64,000 nt of DNA from Azolla caroliniana (taxonomy: Eukaryota; Plantae; Polypodiophyta): the NCBI GenBank assembly GCA_043228905.1, contig JBHGNT010000011.1, forward strand, positions 3,224,001 through 3,288,000, written 5' to 3'. Shown piece after piece: positions 39,401-51,125 of the stretch. Below the pieces are notes generated by a model, which ran no database searches, was not told the DNA's origin, and saw only the letters and a list, made by a program, of their open reading frames with translations. Made by a program: the position numbers and the translations under genes. The first letter of the stretch is position 1. The number at the start of each line of letters is the position of its first letter.

Positions 39401-41436
39401 AGACCTTCGCTCCTGTGGCAAAGATGACGACGGTTCGTGTGGTACTGGCGGTTGCTGCGGCAAGGGGGTGGCATCTTCACCAGATGGATGTGAAGAACGC
39501 CTTCCTTCAAGGAGAGCTTGAAGAAGAAGTCTTTATGACTCAGCCCCCCGGATTTCAATCGGAGATGAACAAGTCGGCGGTATGCCGACTGAAGAAGTCG
39601 CTTTACGGCTTGAAGCAAGCCCCCCGAGCTTGGAACGCGAAGATCACGCACCGGTTGCGTAAGCTGGGGTTTGCTGTCTCTAAGTCGGACTCTTCGTTGT
39701 TCATCCGGCAAGGCTCTGACGGTCCGGTATGTATACTCTTGTATGTGGATGATTTAGTCATCACTGAACCGGGTCTTCCCGAAATCAACCGCGTCAAGTC
39801 CCAGTTGTCGAACGCATTCGAAATGAAGGACCTGGGGGACCTTCATTATTTTCTTGGGATCGAAGTGATCCGGACCCCCGACGGCATATTGCTCTCACAA
39901 CGACATTACGTGTTGAATATGCTGTATAAGTTTGGCATGACGGATTGCCGACCTGTCTCCACACCCCTGGACCGGAACCAGAAGCTCCGTCCCAACTCTG
40001 GACCGGCCTGCAATGAGAAACGGTTCCGACAGGTTGTGGGAAGCCTGATCTACTTAACCATCACCCGACCCGACATCAGCTATCCGGTCGGCATGGTAAG
40101 TCAGCTCATGTAGAAGCCGACCGTGGAGCACCTTCAGTGCGCGCAACGAATATTACGGTATGTCAGCGGCACTAAGGATCGGGGACTGCTATACCGGCGA
40201 GGCATACCCGAAGAGCTTGTCGGTTACACGAATGCTGACTGGGTCGGCGATGCGTCTGATCGCCGCTCCACTTCTGGATACATGTTCTCCATAGGTAGCG
40301 CGGCCGTTGTGTGGAGCAGCAAGAAGCAGCCCACAGTGGCTTTGTCAAGCACTGAGGCTGAGTACCGGGCCGCTACCGTTGCCACTTGTGAAGCCATCTG
40401 GCTTCGGCGACTGCTGCGAGACTTGCGGATCGAGGTACCGACCCCGATCCCGATTTACTGCGATAACATGAGTAGCCTGCAGCTCGCCAGGAACCCTGTG
40501 TTCCATGCTCGCACAAAGCACATCGAGGTGCACTACCACTTCGTGCGTGAGCGGGTCCTGAGCGGTGAAGTTGACCTACGGTATGTTCATACGGATCGGC
40601 AAGTTGCCGACATCTTCACCCAGCCGCTCGGATCGGACAAGTTGCAGCACTTTACCAACATGCTTGGTATTCAGCATCTCGACGTGCCGCACTTGAGGGG
40701 GAGAAGCAAGGGCAAAGTCTCTACCGAAACGGGCAAAGGCCAAAAAATTGTTGAACCCGTCGGTAAGAGGAGAGCCGGAAGAAGAGGAGACAAGAAGATG
40801 AAGGAAGTCGAGTCGACGAAGGAAGTCGACACATCCGAACAGGTCGGAGCAAGTGGCTGTGAAGAAGAGTTGTGCACTCAGGAAGAGAAGTGCATGTTGT
40901 GCGGAGGTCATCACGTCGGTACTGACCATGATGCGGAGTCGAATGAAGAATTCGATTTCGGTTCACCGGCTGAAGAAGCCGAGGGAAGCATGGAGAAGGC
41001 CAAGACTCGGAAGTGGTCCGATGTGGTGAGAGGCTTGAAGCCGGAAGTCGAATCGGAGTGTACCGATTCAGACAAGAGCTGGAACGAGTCGGAGACAGCT
41101 GACTCGGATCAACAGATGGATCCGGATGAGTCGGATCGACTAAAGGCCAAGGGGACACGGACACAGCGGAAGTCGATGCCATCGTGGGAGAACCGACGGA
41201 TCGGCAAGCGTCGAAGTCACAGCAACGTGAGTGCTGAGATGGGCCTATTGAGCAGACATGCCGACCGAGAGGGTCGAGGTGCGCAGAACCAAAGGGGTCG
41301 CGGCAAACGGGACCGGACCGGACGAGGAGCGCGAGCAAGGCGGAGTGACGCCAAGAGAAGTCGGTTGGAAGAACCGACTGCCACAGAGGTCGACACTACG
41401 ACCCCACCTCAGGTTGAGCTTGAGGGGGAGTGTTGA
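36403..41436 (+). pseudogene. Copia gag-pol polyprotein, single frame with three premature stops (38158, 38545, 40111) and a long C-terminal extension
   Basis: CCHC knuckle CWYCGKKGHRESEC, protease WYVDSGAS, integrase WHKRIGH/CEAC, HSDVWGP, SDGGKEY, QNGVAER, RT LYVDD, RNase H YCDN/ADIFT. The four listed ORFs share one frame. Confidence 0.93.
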
Positions 41437-41753
41437 GCAGCAAGCTCAATCGGAGCCGGATCGGCTGAATAAGCCGAAGCCGGTAAGCGAGACGGATCGG
41501 GCGAAACGGATCGGTATGACGGTCAGCAACCGAACCGGTAAGCAGTGGAGGCCGGGTGCAATCCGTAACCAGAAGTCCAATCGGAAGCCTAGTATAGGAT
41601 AGACTACTAGGTAGCTATAGTCTCGTAGTAAGTGTTAGATGATCGTGTGAGCATTGAAGTACATGGTACTTCTGTCAGTCCCAAGAGGACTTGTATAAAT
41701 AGTGCTACTTAGTACAGTGTGTAGATAGCGTCTTCATATAATTTTGAAATTGT

Positions 41754-41799
<46 letters not shown>

Positions 41800-41838
41800 G
41801 TTCTCTGTTTTACGCTTCCGCAAACACTTACGTTTACA
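41431..41838 (+). repeat. 3' LTR
   Basis: Near-identical to the 5' LTR (about a dozen substitutions by hand count, shorter CT run). Confidence 0.95.
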
Positions 41839-43530
41839 TCATTAATGAGCCAACCATGATAGTTCGAAAGGTGTTTACATTATTTACATCTCCACCTTTA
41901 TATAAAGGTTTGATCCAATTTATAGTCCAATCATATGGCATACCATGTTGTAATGCATCATTAAACATATTGCTTATCCATACATGTGCTTCCTTTCCTG
42001 TCCATTTGAGCATTTCAACCTACATTGAAGATCGCTTGCCTTTCGAGAGGCCAATTTCTTAAGGCCAATGCATATATATTCAATTGTAAAGAAGGGAGAC
42101 ATATGTGAAAGAGAACCATAACACATAATCTTTCCTGCAAGAGATAACTCACATAAATTCTTACAATGCATAGACAAGTCATGAAGAATTAAGTCACCAT
42201 AACTCTCAACACGTGTAGCACATGCATATACTTTCTCTTGCGTTTGGAGAAATTGTTGAGTAACTTCCCATATTCTTCTCTTTCTTTGAATAAGCCTTTT
42301 ATACTCATGCAAATGCTTTTGGTAATTTTCTTTATCCTTAACTACATCCAAAACCATAAGGCACTTTCGGGCTTCACGACATTCTTTATCAAACCATTTT
42401 TTCCTAAATTTCTTAGTGCATTTCCAAGATATGCGGTTGGTCGAAAAACATTTGTTTGTACAAGAGAGAATGACTTTCTTAAAAGCTTCCCATTTGCATT
42501 CTAGTGTGGCACCATGTTGTATCTTTGTCATTTGTAACATATCCTCAACCATCTTAGAATACATGGGCGCTCGCTTAAGGTTCATGCTCAAGAGTGTTTG
42601 TTTATTATCTTCAATAGCCTTCTCACAATCAAACCTATGCATACATTTGAGATCAATACATAAAACCCTATGATCAGATTCTGGTGTCCATTCACCAAGT
42701 GAGAATTTATGTATACGATCCAAAATACCATCCGAAAGTAGCACATAGTCAATCACACTATTTCCGTTGTGTTTTCTACATGTAAAACCATTAGTGTTGG
42801 GCCATAAGGAAACACCATTTGCAATAAGCAATCCGGTACTATTGCACATTTGTTGGAGTAACTTCCCAAATTGGTCTGGATCTTTTTAATTGCTAGAAGA
42901 GCGGTTATATATTTGCATATCCTCTTGCATCCTTGAGATATGTGGCATGAAAGATTCTTGTGAATCAAGTTGGAAACTTCTTGTATGAGCATTCATGTCA
43001 CCAAAGAAAATAACTTCCCCTTTGGATTTGAAATAAGCAATATCATCTTCTAGATTGGCAAAAGTTTGATCTTTATCCAAACAAGCATAAAAGTTAGAAT
43101 CTTGATGAGGAATGTAACATCCAACTACAAAAGTGGGCAAATCATTAGGTGTTTCTATTTTGAGCCATATGTAGCATTTATGTTCATTATTTTTTACGAT
43201 TGACACATATTTCTCTATTTCCTTCTTAATCACATGCCACCCCTCTTTGTCCTCTTCTTTGTCTTGGATTTTTCTCCCATATCAAAGAGTGTACATTATA
43301 GTTTCCTAAACCTTGAATCCTTTGAGTATCATGCTCCTATGTTTCAACCAGAAGTGTGAGATCGAGTCATTGGTGAACTCCTCTATGCCAAATCCCACAT
43401 TCCATGGGTATCCATTGCAATTCCAATAGCATAGTCGTAAAAGACGTGGGTTAGTCTCATAGGTCATGTGTCCCTATTTGCCTACATTTCCATCTTTAGG
43501 CATATCCTTAAGAGAAAGAGAGGGCTTAGA

Positions 43531-43600
43531 TGGATGTAGCTCAGTTGGTAAGGTTGCCCAATGGAGACCAAGTGGTCATGGGTTCAATCCCAATGTTCCA
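43531..43600 (+). mobile_element. tRNA-derived SINE head or tRNA pseudogene
   Basis: A box TAGCTCAGTTGG (43537-43548) and B box GGTTCAATCC (43581-43590) at tRNA spacing; poor acceptor stem. Confidence 0.6.
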
Positions 43601-43689
43601 CAATGGCATCTAGTGAATCAAGAGAGAGATACTTATTCAAAGTATATAATAGAGAGGTGAGAAATTTGGGTATCAAACCCAATATGTAG

Positions 43690-43847
43690 TGCTTGCAGTG
43701 CTAACAACTTACCACTAGGGTAAGCTAATTACAATAATAAAAAGAAAGAGAGAGCGATCAGTCAGTACTGCTTGCAGTGCTAACAACTTACCACTAGGGT
43801 AAGCTAATTACGATAATAAAAAGAAAGAGAGAGCGATCAGTCAGTAC
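43690..43847. repeat. ~79-bp tandem duplication overlapping a minus-strand tRNA-like remnant
   Basis: tgcttgcagtgctaacaacttaccactagggtaagctaattac..taataaaaagaaagagagagcgatcagtcagtac occurs twice. Confidence 0.85.
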
Positions 43848-44957
43848 GATAAATAAATAAAAGAGAGAATCTTAAACTACCTAATATGGAGGCAATGACA
43901 ATGGAAAACTAAAGCATGCATCCCGCAAACATTTATGTTGTTAATCACAAGCATGCATCCCACAAACATTTATGCTGTTAATCACAAACATGATTATTTC
44001 ACGATGTCCAAGTGAACGTGGTGATAGATAAGTTGACAATAATTTTAACGAAAATTATATGTTAATATGTATAATGCCTTGAATTGAAGTCACTCTACAT
44101 GGCTAACCTTCCAAAGATCTAAACTTACCAAATGGTGTTCTTTATGTTAATGGAATTTTCATAGCCAATGAATTGCCCAACAAGGAATCTTTCATTCAAA
44201 ATACAAAGCTTTTTCCTCATTTGCTAAAAGTGAAGGCATGGGTGAAACTTTGGTTGAACAAAGGATACAATGAGCCGTAGTTGGTAATAGGTCATTAGTT
44301 CAATCCTTTCTCCCTAAAATATCAAAGAATGTTTATAACTGTTACTGCCTTATGAAGGATCGTGTTGTTGGTCCTACCCAGCCAACAATAACAAACTAGA
44401 AGACCATGGGTTAGAATTAGCTACTAGAGTCTTGCGTATTTCTTAAATCAAATAATCAATTTTGACGAGAAAATAACGTTTCTTATACGATGAGACTTAT
44501 GGAGTACATACTTGGGTGGACAAGCATTTGAACTCAACCCCTCTATTTCTAAGTTAACATATAGAGATGGGGCACACATTTTCTACCCTCCCACCCAATA
44601 TACAATCTTGCATCCATACACAAGGCGCCATTGCAAACTTAGAGTAGCTACATATATCATTCGATGAACATGTTAATGTCGTAGCCTTTGCCATATGCTT
44701 GTGCACCACATTATACACATAACTACCATAATCCTTGCATAACTCCCCAAAGGAGTTTCTTCCTCGAAAAAGTAAATGGGAAATCTCAACCTGAAGAGTC
44801 ACATAATCCTAAAAAATGTAGGGGCTTCAATTGGATATTGGCTTGTCACCCATGAATGGTTAAATATGTTATGTCTGCCTCATGTCAATCTTTTTGAAAG
44901 TTAAGACACCTTTAGCTTGTGACCATTCCTCTTGTGGGATCCCTTCACCCATAGTGG

Positions 44958-45142
44958 TATATACACAACATGCGTAGGCTATTGTTTTTAGAGCTTTGGG
45001 AAGAAAGTAACATATGCAATGAAACATGAAATCCTTGGTATATATACAACATGCATAGACTATTGTTTTTTAATCTTTGGGAAGGAAGTAACATATGCAA
45101 TGAAACATGAAACACTTGATATATATACAATATGCATAGACT
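44958..45142. repeat. ~81-bp tandem duplication
   Basis: ctattgttttta...tttgggaag.aagtaacatatgcaatgaaacatgaaa occurs twice. Confidence 0.85.
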
Positions 45143-45330
45143 TTAATTATCTTTAGACCTTTGAGTAATAAAATAGTCATGAAAACTAGTTCATGCATAG
45201 TGGTTACTTGTGCATCAAGCCTTGCTTGTTGACACATGGCTGCATAAGATAAGCGTATCCTCTAGTTGTGCTTGCTGTCATTTGCAAGCTGAAACTCAAA
45301 AACATTGTATGGGATTGCATTGAGTCTCAA

Positions 45331-45622
45331 CTGGTATGGTAGAGCCTCCCAAGAATATTTGCTAACTACTTTCCCCATTAGTATTTACATGGGGCATGGT
45401 GGTTTGGACAACACTTGTCTACTCTATTTTCCATTATGACGCTAAATCTATGGACCATGGTTTTCACACGAACACTTCTCTGGTATGGTAGAGCCTCCTA
45501 AGAATATTTGCTAACTACTTTCCCCATTAGTATTTACATGGGGCATGGTGGTTTGGACAACACTTGTCTACTCTATTTTCCATTATGACGCTAAATATAT
45601 GGACCATGGTTTTCACACTAAC
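45331..45622. repeat. 149-bp near-perfect tandem duplication
   Basis: ctggtatggtagagcctcc.aagaatatttgc...ccatggttttcacac at 45331 and 45480. Confidence 0.92.
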
Positions 45623-45689
45623 TCTAGAAGTGTTCGTGTACTTCCATTAGTGTCTATGCAACTATTAGGGATAAGAAAAAAGGCGCAAC

Positions 45690-45985
45690 AATTAAGGGAG
45701 ATATTGAATAGTACTACTACTTACATATTACATTTGGAAGCTTGGTGCTCTCTTGTTTTTCATCAAGTTAGAGCCTCAACAATTGAATTGGTAAATTATA
45801 CTTGGTTGGACATGGTTCATACTTGGAAGTGACAATGGGATTGTATTATTGGAGATTCTGATGATAAAGTTGCTCAACGCCATCAATTTCTTCTTACTTT
45901 GTGGAAAGTTACTCCACTTATGTCCTCAAAGAATGGCACTCCTTTTTCGCACTTTCAACCACCAAGATGGTTATTCCCTCTCCCA
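45690..45985 (+). mobile_element. L1-like LINE ORF2 C-terminal fragment
   Basis: QWDCIIGDSDDKVAQRHQF...FQPPRWLFP resembles the C-terminus of the fragment at 56380-58260 (PKWLFPP). Confidence 0.55.
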
Positions 45986-46590
45986 ATCATTTAGGAATCA
46001 AAACTCTGTAAATTGCTTACACTAATGAATGGATATCTTTCAAAAAAAAAACCAAGTGTGCATAGATACAACCTATTTAAATACTCGGTTAGGACTTTTT
46101 CAAATGATATATTGTATTTGCCACGTACATTTGATGTGAATAACCTAGAGGGAAAAAAATTAAATTTGATAATCCTCACAACCTTGTGAAGATATCCATC
46201 ATTACATAAATGATGTGAAAATCATAATTAAAAGTGAAATACAATTTCCATAAAATTTAGACTTGGTAAACAAGAATTGCAACAATGACACATGTTGTCT
46301 ACATTTATACATTCACTTGGTTTGATTGGCACATTTCAAGCAATCTTAGCCACTAGACTTGTGTACTATAGACCTTTAAATCATTGTAAGAAGAAGCATG
46401 CATATAAATGCATGAAAATATGACATATTGATATGACATTCGTACTCTCCTACCTATGCGAAGTACAACTTCTTCATGGATGACAAGGATATGCATCCTT
46501 TAACTCAATAGAGAATTACACGTATGAAATTACTCTCTTCAAATATTGTGGAGACAAATTTCTCCTCACTCCTTTTTGAGTGAGTGGCAT

Positions 46591-47040
46591 TAACAATCGG
46601 CAACGGTTCGGTTTGAACTGAAATGAACTGCGAAACCGTGGATTAACGATTTCAACAGTTCGGTTCAGGTTTTGGTTTTTTAAAACAGTTCGGTTTGATT
46701 TCAATAGTCAAAAACTGTAGTTTAAACGGTTTAACGGTTTTTTTTAAAATTGTTTTTAAACAATCTTTTTATTTTTAGACCTTCTTCTCACATTTTAGGA
46801 ACATCTTTAAAATCCAAAAAATTTATAATAATGAAATATTTTAAATTTTAAATTTTAAATTTGACCTAAGTTGAAAACCGAAACCGAACCAAGAAACCAC
46901 GGTTTGAAAAAGTTTAACGGTTCGGTTTTAACGGTTTTGTGGTTTGGTTCAAGTTTCAAAAAATTTAAATGATTCAGTTCCAAACCGGTTCGGTTTTGAT
47001 CCTCTCAAACCAAACCGAACCAAACTATTGTCGATTGTTA
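46591..47040 (-). mobile_element. hAT-type MITE family B, 450 bp
   Basis: TIRs TAACAATCGGCAAC / ATTGTCGATTGTTA; TSD AGTGGCAT/AATGGCAT (7/8); inverted relative to the 47999 copy. Confidence 0.9.
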
Positions 47041-47998
47041 AATGGCATCCCTGCATTGTCCTTTAGTGGTCTGCATGTTGTTACTTATGAGTAAACATGC
47101 TCATCTAGTTGACTCTCAGAGAATTAGCTCATTCACTAATGAGTTAATGTTTGACTATCACACCTCCTTGAGTTAATCTTTGATTGAGGATGTCCACTTT
47201 TCTTTGTCTACAATTCATGAGTCTCACACACCCATTACCCATAATGTGGTCGAAATTCTTTTAGCAACTTAGACATACTAGGGCCTCCTCCCAACAAGTG
47301 CTAATGGAAGCTACCCAACTTCTTGTTGGTTATACTTTGGAACCATCATTATCGAGGCCTCACAACTATTTCTACAAGGAAGTACATGGAATCTTTTAAC
47401 ATGAAGGCACCATAATGGGCTTGGACTCTAGTGAGGATCTAAATTAAATAGTTGATAACCTTTCTCAATAAATTTGTGTATCTTACACCATCAAGGGTTT
47501 TGCCGTTGTATGAATGACCATTTTTTCCTAACATTCACCATCCAATGATTTGTCCTAAAACAATATCAAGAAACCACTTTCCTTATATAGTGTATTCATT
47601 AACCTTCTAAGGATGTTGTGCATACATGATATAAATAAGTTGTCTCATATGGACCTTAGTGGATGGTGTATTTGCATGGCCCTCTATGTTCCATGATTCT
47701 CTCTACATAGTCTTGCAAGTTACTTGCTTGAAAAACATCCAAATAATCCCCACTATTTCACAAAAAAACAATAATGTTCTACATTAAAATAACTCCATAC
47801 ATTCATTCGTCTCATTTTATACATTTGGCAACCCAAGTGTCTCATATACTTAAGCAATTCACATGATCATCATCTAGAAATTGCACACTCAAATGCATAT
47901 GTGAGACAAATGTTCAAACACATGATAAAAGTATTCATTAACCTTTTCCAAGACAAAGTCTCACCGCTTAGATATAGTGTAACAAACATATTGTCGAC

Positions 47999-48481
47999 TA
48001 ACAATCGGCAACTGTTCGGTTCGGTTTGAGAGGGTCCAAATCGAACCGATTTGGAACCGAACCGTTAATTTTTTTTTAAACCCAAACCAAACCAAGAAAC
48101 CGTTAAACCATTAAACTGTAAAAACTGTGGTTTCGGGGTTCAGTTTCGGTTTTCAACATAGGTCAAATTTTTAAATTTTTAAAATTTATAATATTTCATT
48201 ATTTACAATTTTTAATTTTTTAAAGATGTTCCTAAAAAGTGAGAATAAGGTCTAAAAATGAAAAGATTGTTTAAAAACAAATTTTAAATTTTTTTACAAA
48301 TTGTTTTTAAAAAAAATAAAAAGTAAAAAACCGTTAAATCGTTTAAACCACAGTTTCTTGTTGTTAAAACCAAACCAAACCGTTGAAAAAACTTGAACCT
48401 AAACCGAACCGTTGAAATCGTTAAGCTGCGGTTTTGCGGTTCGGTTCAGTTTGGTTCAAACCAAACCGTTGCCACTTGTTA
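47999..48481 (+). mobile_element. hAT-type MITE family B, 483 bp
   Basis: TIRs TAACAATCGGCAAC / GTTGCCACTTGTTA; perfect TSD TTGTCGAC (47991-47998, 48482-48489). Confidence 0.93.
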
Positions 48482-50509
48482 TTGTCGACATTCCTCTACA
48501 TTGATAGGTATAACCAAGAACTATTAGGTTCTCAACTTCTTCAATAGTTGTGCTTGCACAAAAGCAAAACATCAGCCATACATTATTCAAACAACATGTT
48601 CGCATGGGTTTTATCGTTTCCAAACAATTGATAAGCGAGTTTCTTAATTCATGAAGAGAGTTCTTTCTCCATGAAAGAGAGTTTTTAGCCAAATTGTGTA
48701 TTTATCCATGACCATACATGCATTTTCCTTCCATCTCCAATAGTCCATTCTCCTCCAAAGTTAAATCTTAAGTCAACACATGCATGTCCTAAGTTCTAAC
48801 ATCACTCTACAAATTATTTGGACACAAATCACACTCTCACCATGATCTCCTTCTAGTAACATTTTGGTATGCCAAGTTATTGTTTCAACGTTATTGTTTT
48901 AACGTCATTGTTAGTGGAAAGTGATTTTATAAAGCTGTTTGTGTAGGAACAAACTATTAAAGGATTTGAGCTTTGGAATACCCCTAAGTTTTCCTTTATT
49001 TCACAAAATGGCCTTGGTCAATCCTTGAAAAAACAATTATACGTGCTTCTCCATTCATATCATTTTCTCTCTTTCGATCTTCACCAAAGAAATAACAAAA
49101 ACTTACATTTGTGGATCTAAAGGAAATTTCAGTTTTATGTATTCTAATGAACCAACCCTATCCCCTTAAGACTTTAATCCACAACCTTAAACTACAACTT
49201 AACTAGAACATTATCATGTTTATTCTTTAAAATAAAAGAATTTTAGGAATCCAAGTTATAGTACAGGAAGCAATTGTTAGTTCATAGGTGGGTATGTTTA
49301 TAGTTTCTTACATGATGTTTGAAGGCATCATTTTCTAAAAGAAATGATAATTGCTTTTGCCAGTAGCCAAACATGAGTCTTTGAGCAAGTTTTTCTTTTC
49401 CTTCATTTTTTTTGTTAAAGAACAAGTGTTTCCGATATTTGTTTTCTACACATTATAGATAAGGTAAAAATTTGTAGTTAGAGTGGCTAATTATGTATTT
49501 TATTACATTTTGCATTGTGATTAATGCGAATTTAGTTTGCTAGTATACTTTTTAGTGTCAACCTTGTAAGTATGAAACTTGAATAGATTTCTATAGTATA
49601 AAGATCGATCCTAAAGCTCATCCACGATGGTGGTGTGTCACGTGTAGCTCATGGAGAGGAAGAAGCAACTTTTAAGATCTTATCAATGTCAAAAGCTCAT
49701 CTTCATGGGGAAAATCTCTCCATCTAAATTAAGTAGCTCACCTAACACTTGCTTGCCAAAAGAAATTCCTTTGGACCCATTCATAACAATAGTTGACTCA
49801 TAATATAGATTCCATACAAATAATCCAAGGTGGCATAGACATATACACAAAGCCATATGTTATTATGAAAGTGTGTTGGTTACATATGGGGGTGGATCCA
49901 TCATAGCTTGTATCATGATTTTATAGAGTCGTGCATACTTAAAATACATTGCCATAGTGTCATCCTTAATATGGGAGAAACCAACATAATTTCTATTGTT
50001 TCGTTTCAAGGCATATGTCAACCCTTCACGCTCATTGAAGTGCTGCCCATATCTTGTATGTGGCCATTGTTTATAAAACACAAACTATAGCTAGACTTAC
50101 TTACCCTAAAAACGAAGTTTTTCACAAATCAAAACATGGATATAACTTGGGGGAGTGCATGTGCAGATGCATGCATGCAAGTCACGTAATTCATGCTTAA
50201 TTTTGACCAAAGTTTATTCATGGTCTTTGGTGAATAGAAAGTTCTTCATGATTTAAAAGGCCAATAAAGAAAAGAAAAGAACCAATTCAACAAATTTGTG
50301 CGTTGTTACAAGTTGATAAAAAGCAATGTTCTCGAAATTTAAAGTGCACATGTGTACACACACATCAAAACTTGACACTTACATTACCTTGGACGTCAAA
50401 GTTGTTTTGAACCACACTTTAACAAAATTGATGATAGAGATATTCTTGAAGATATTCTCGACGATCATTGTTCATTATTATTCTGTAAAATAAAATGTCG
50501 CTCTAAAGT

Positions 50510-51125
50510 TGAGACCTTAATCAATTGAACAAACTTACATAGTAAGTATTGAATAGGAATACTTGAATTTCAAAAAGCATCCATTTCATGAAAGATAGTA
50601 TGGAGTGTCCCGATACCTAAAGTACACAACTTGAAGACATTGTGGATGTGGATTTCATCGTAGGAATTGTGATAATGCTTTGGGTTTCAAAATGTGGACC
50701 TTAAAATCACCCTAGCTCTTCTAGAAGATCATAGCTTTGCTAACTATCTTAATTCAAAACCTTAATCAAATAAGCCAACTTACATAATAATAAGTACTGA
50801 ATTGGAATACTTGAATTCTAAAAGGTGTCCATTTCAAGAAAGAAAGTATGGAGTGATAATGAGTTGGGTTTCAAAATGTGGACCTTAAAATCACCCTATA
50901 GCTTGGCTAACGATCTTAAGTGGAGACCTCAATCAAATAAACTAACTTACATAATAATAAGTATTGAATTGGAATACTTGAATTCTAAAAGGCATCCATT
51001 TCAAAAAAGAAAGTATGGAGTGTCCTGATACTTAAAAAGTACACAATTTGACGCATTTTTTATTTTGTTGTAGTAATTGTGGTAATGAGCTGGGTTTCAA
51101 AATGTAGACCACAAAATCACCCTAC
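50510..51125. repeat. Three degenerate tandem units (~170-250 bp)
   Basis: aacttacata..aagta.tgaat.ggaatacttgaatt...agtatggagtg...tgggtttcaaaatgt.gacc..aaaatcaccct occurs three times. Confidence 0.85.

Larger units (their letters stand above)
35887..41838 (+). mobile_element. Full-length Ty1/copia LTR retrotransposon (5952 bp)
   Basis: TG...CA LTRs at 35887-36308 and 41431-41838; TSD TCATT (35882-35886, 41839-41843); PBS TGGTATCAGAG (tRNA-iMet) at 36309; PPT GAGGGGGAG at 41422-41430; domain order gag-PR-IN-RT-RH. Confidence 0.97.
34454..43467 (-). mobile_element. Decayed non-LTR retrotransposon (RTE superfamily, RTEX-like), interrupted by a copia element and a hAT end
   Basis: ORF start ATG at 43467 (MTYETNPRLLRLCYWNCNG). 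APE motifs GCYIP, GDMNA, SVIDY, SDH. RT FRTIMVGSLM|TKLF is contiguous across the copia, followed by QVGFR and FVDFKKAFD. Then LLYGVEVWG and C-terminal SSHALRCETGRW...RLCTLC..ESEYH. (TC)n tail at 34454-34473. Contains frameshifts and stops. Confidence 0.88.

Noticed and set aside
40721-41338. 205-aa antisense ORF in the copia extension
   Set aside because: The homologous frame in the second copy stops after 65 aa and starts at a non-ATG codon; GC-rich DNA yields such ORFs by chance.
40704-41436. env-like gene as in sireviruses
   Set aside because: No hydrophobic or transmembrane segment, and it is fused in frame with no separating stop.
47050-49000. L1 RT remnant around the MITEs
   Set aside because: Only faint minus-strand motif traces; boundaries cannot be supported.
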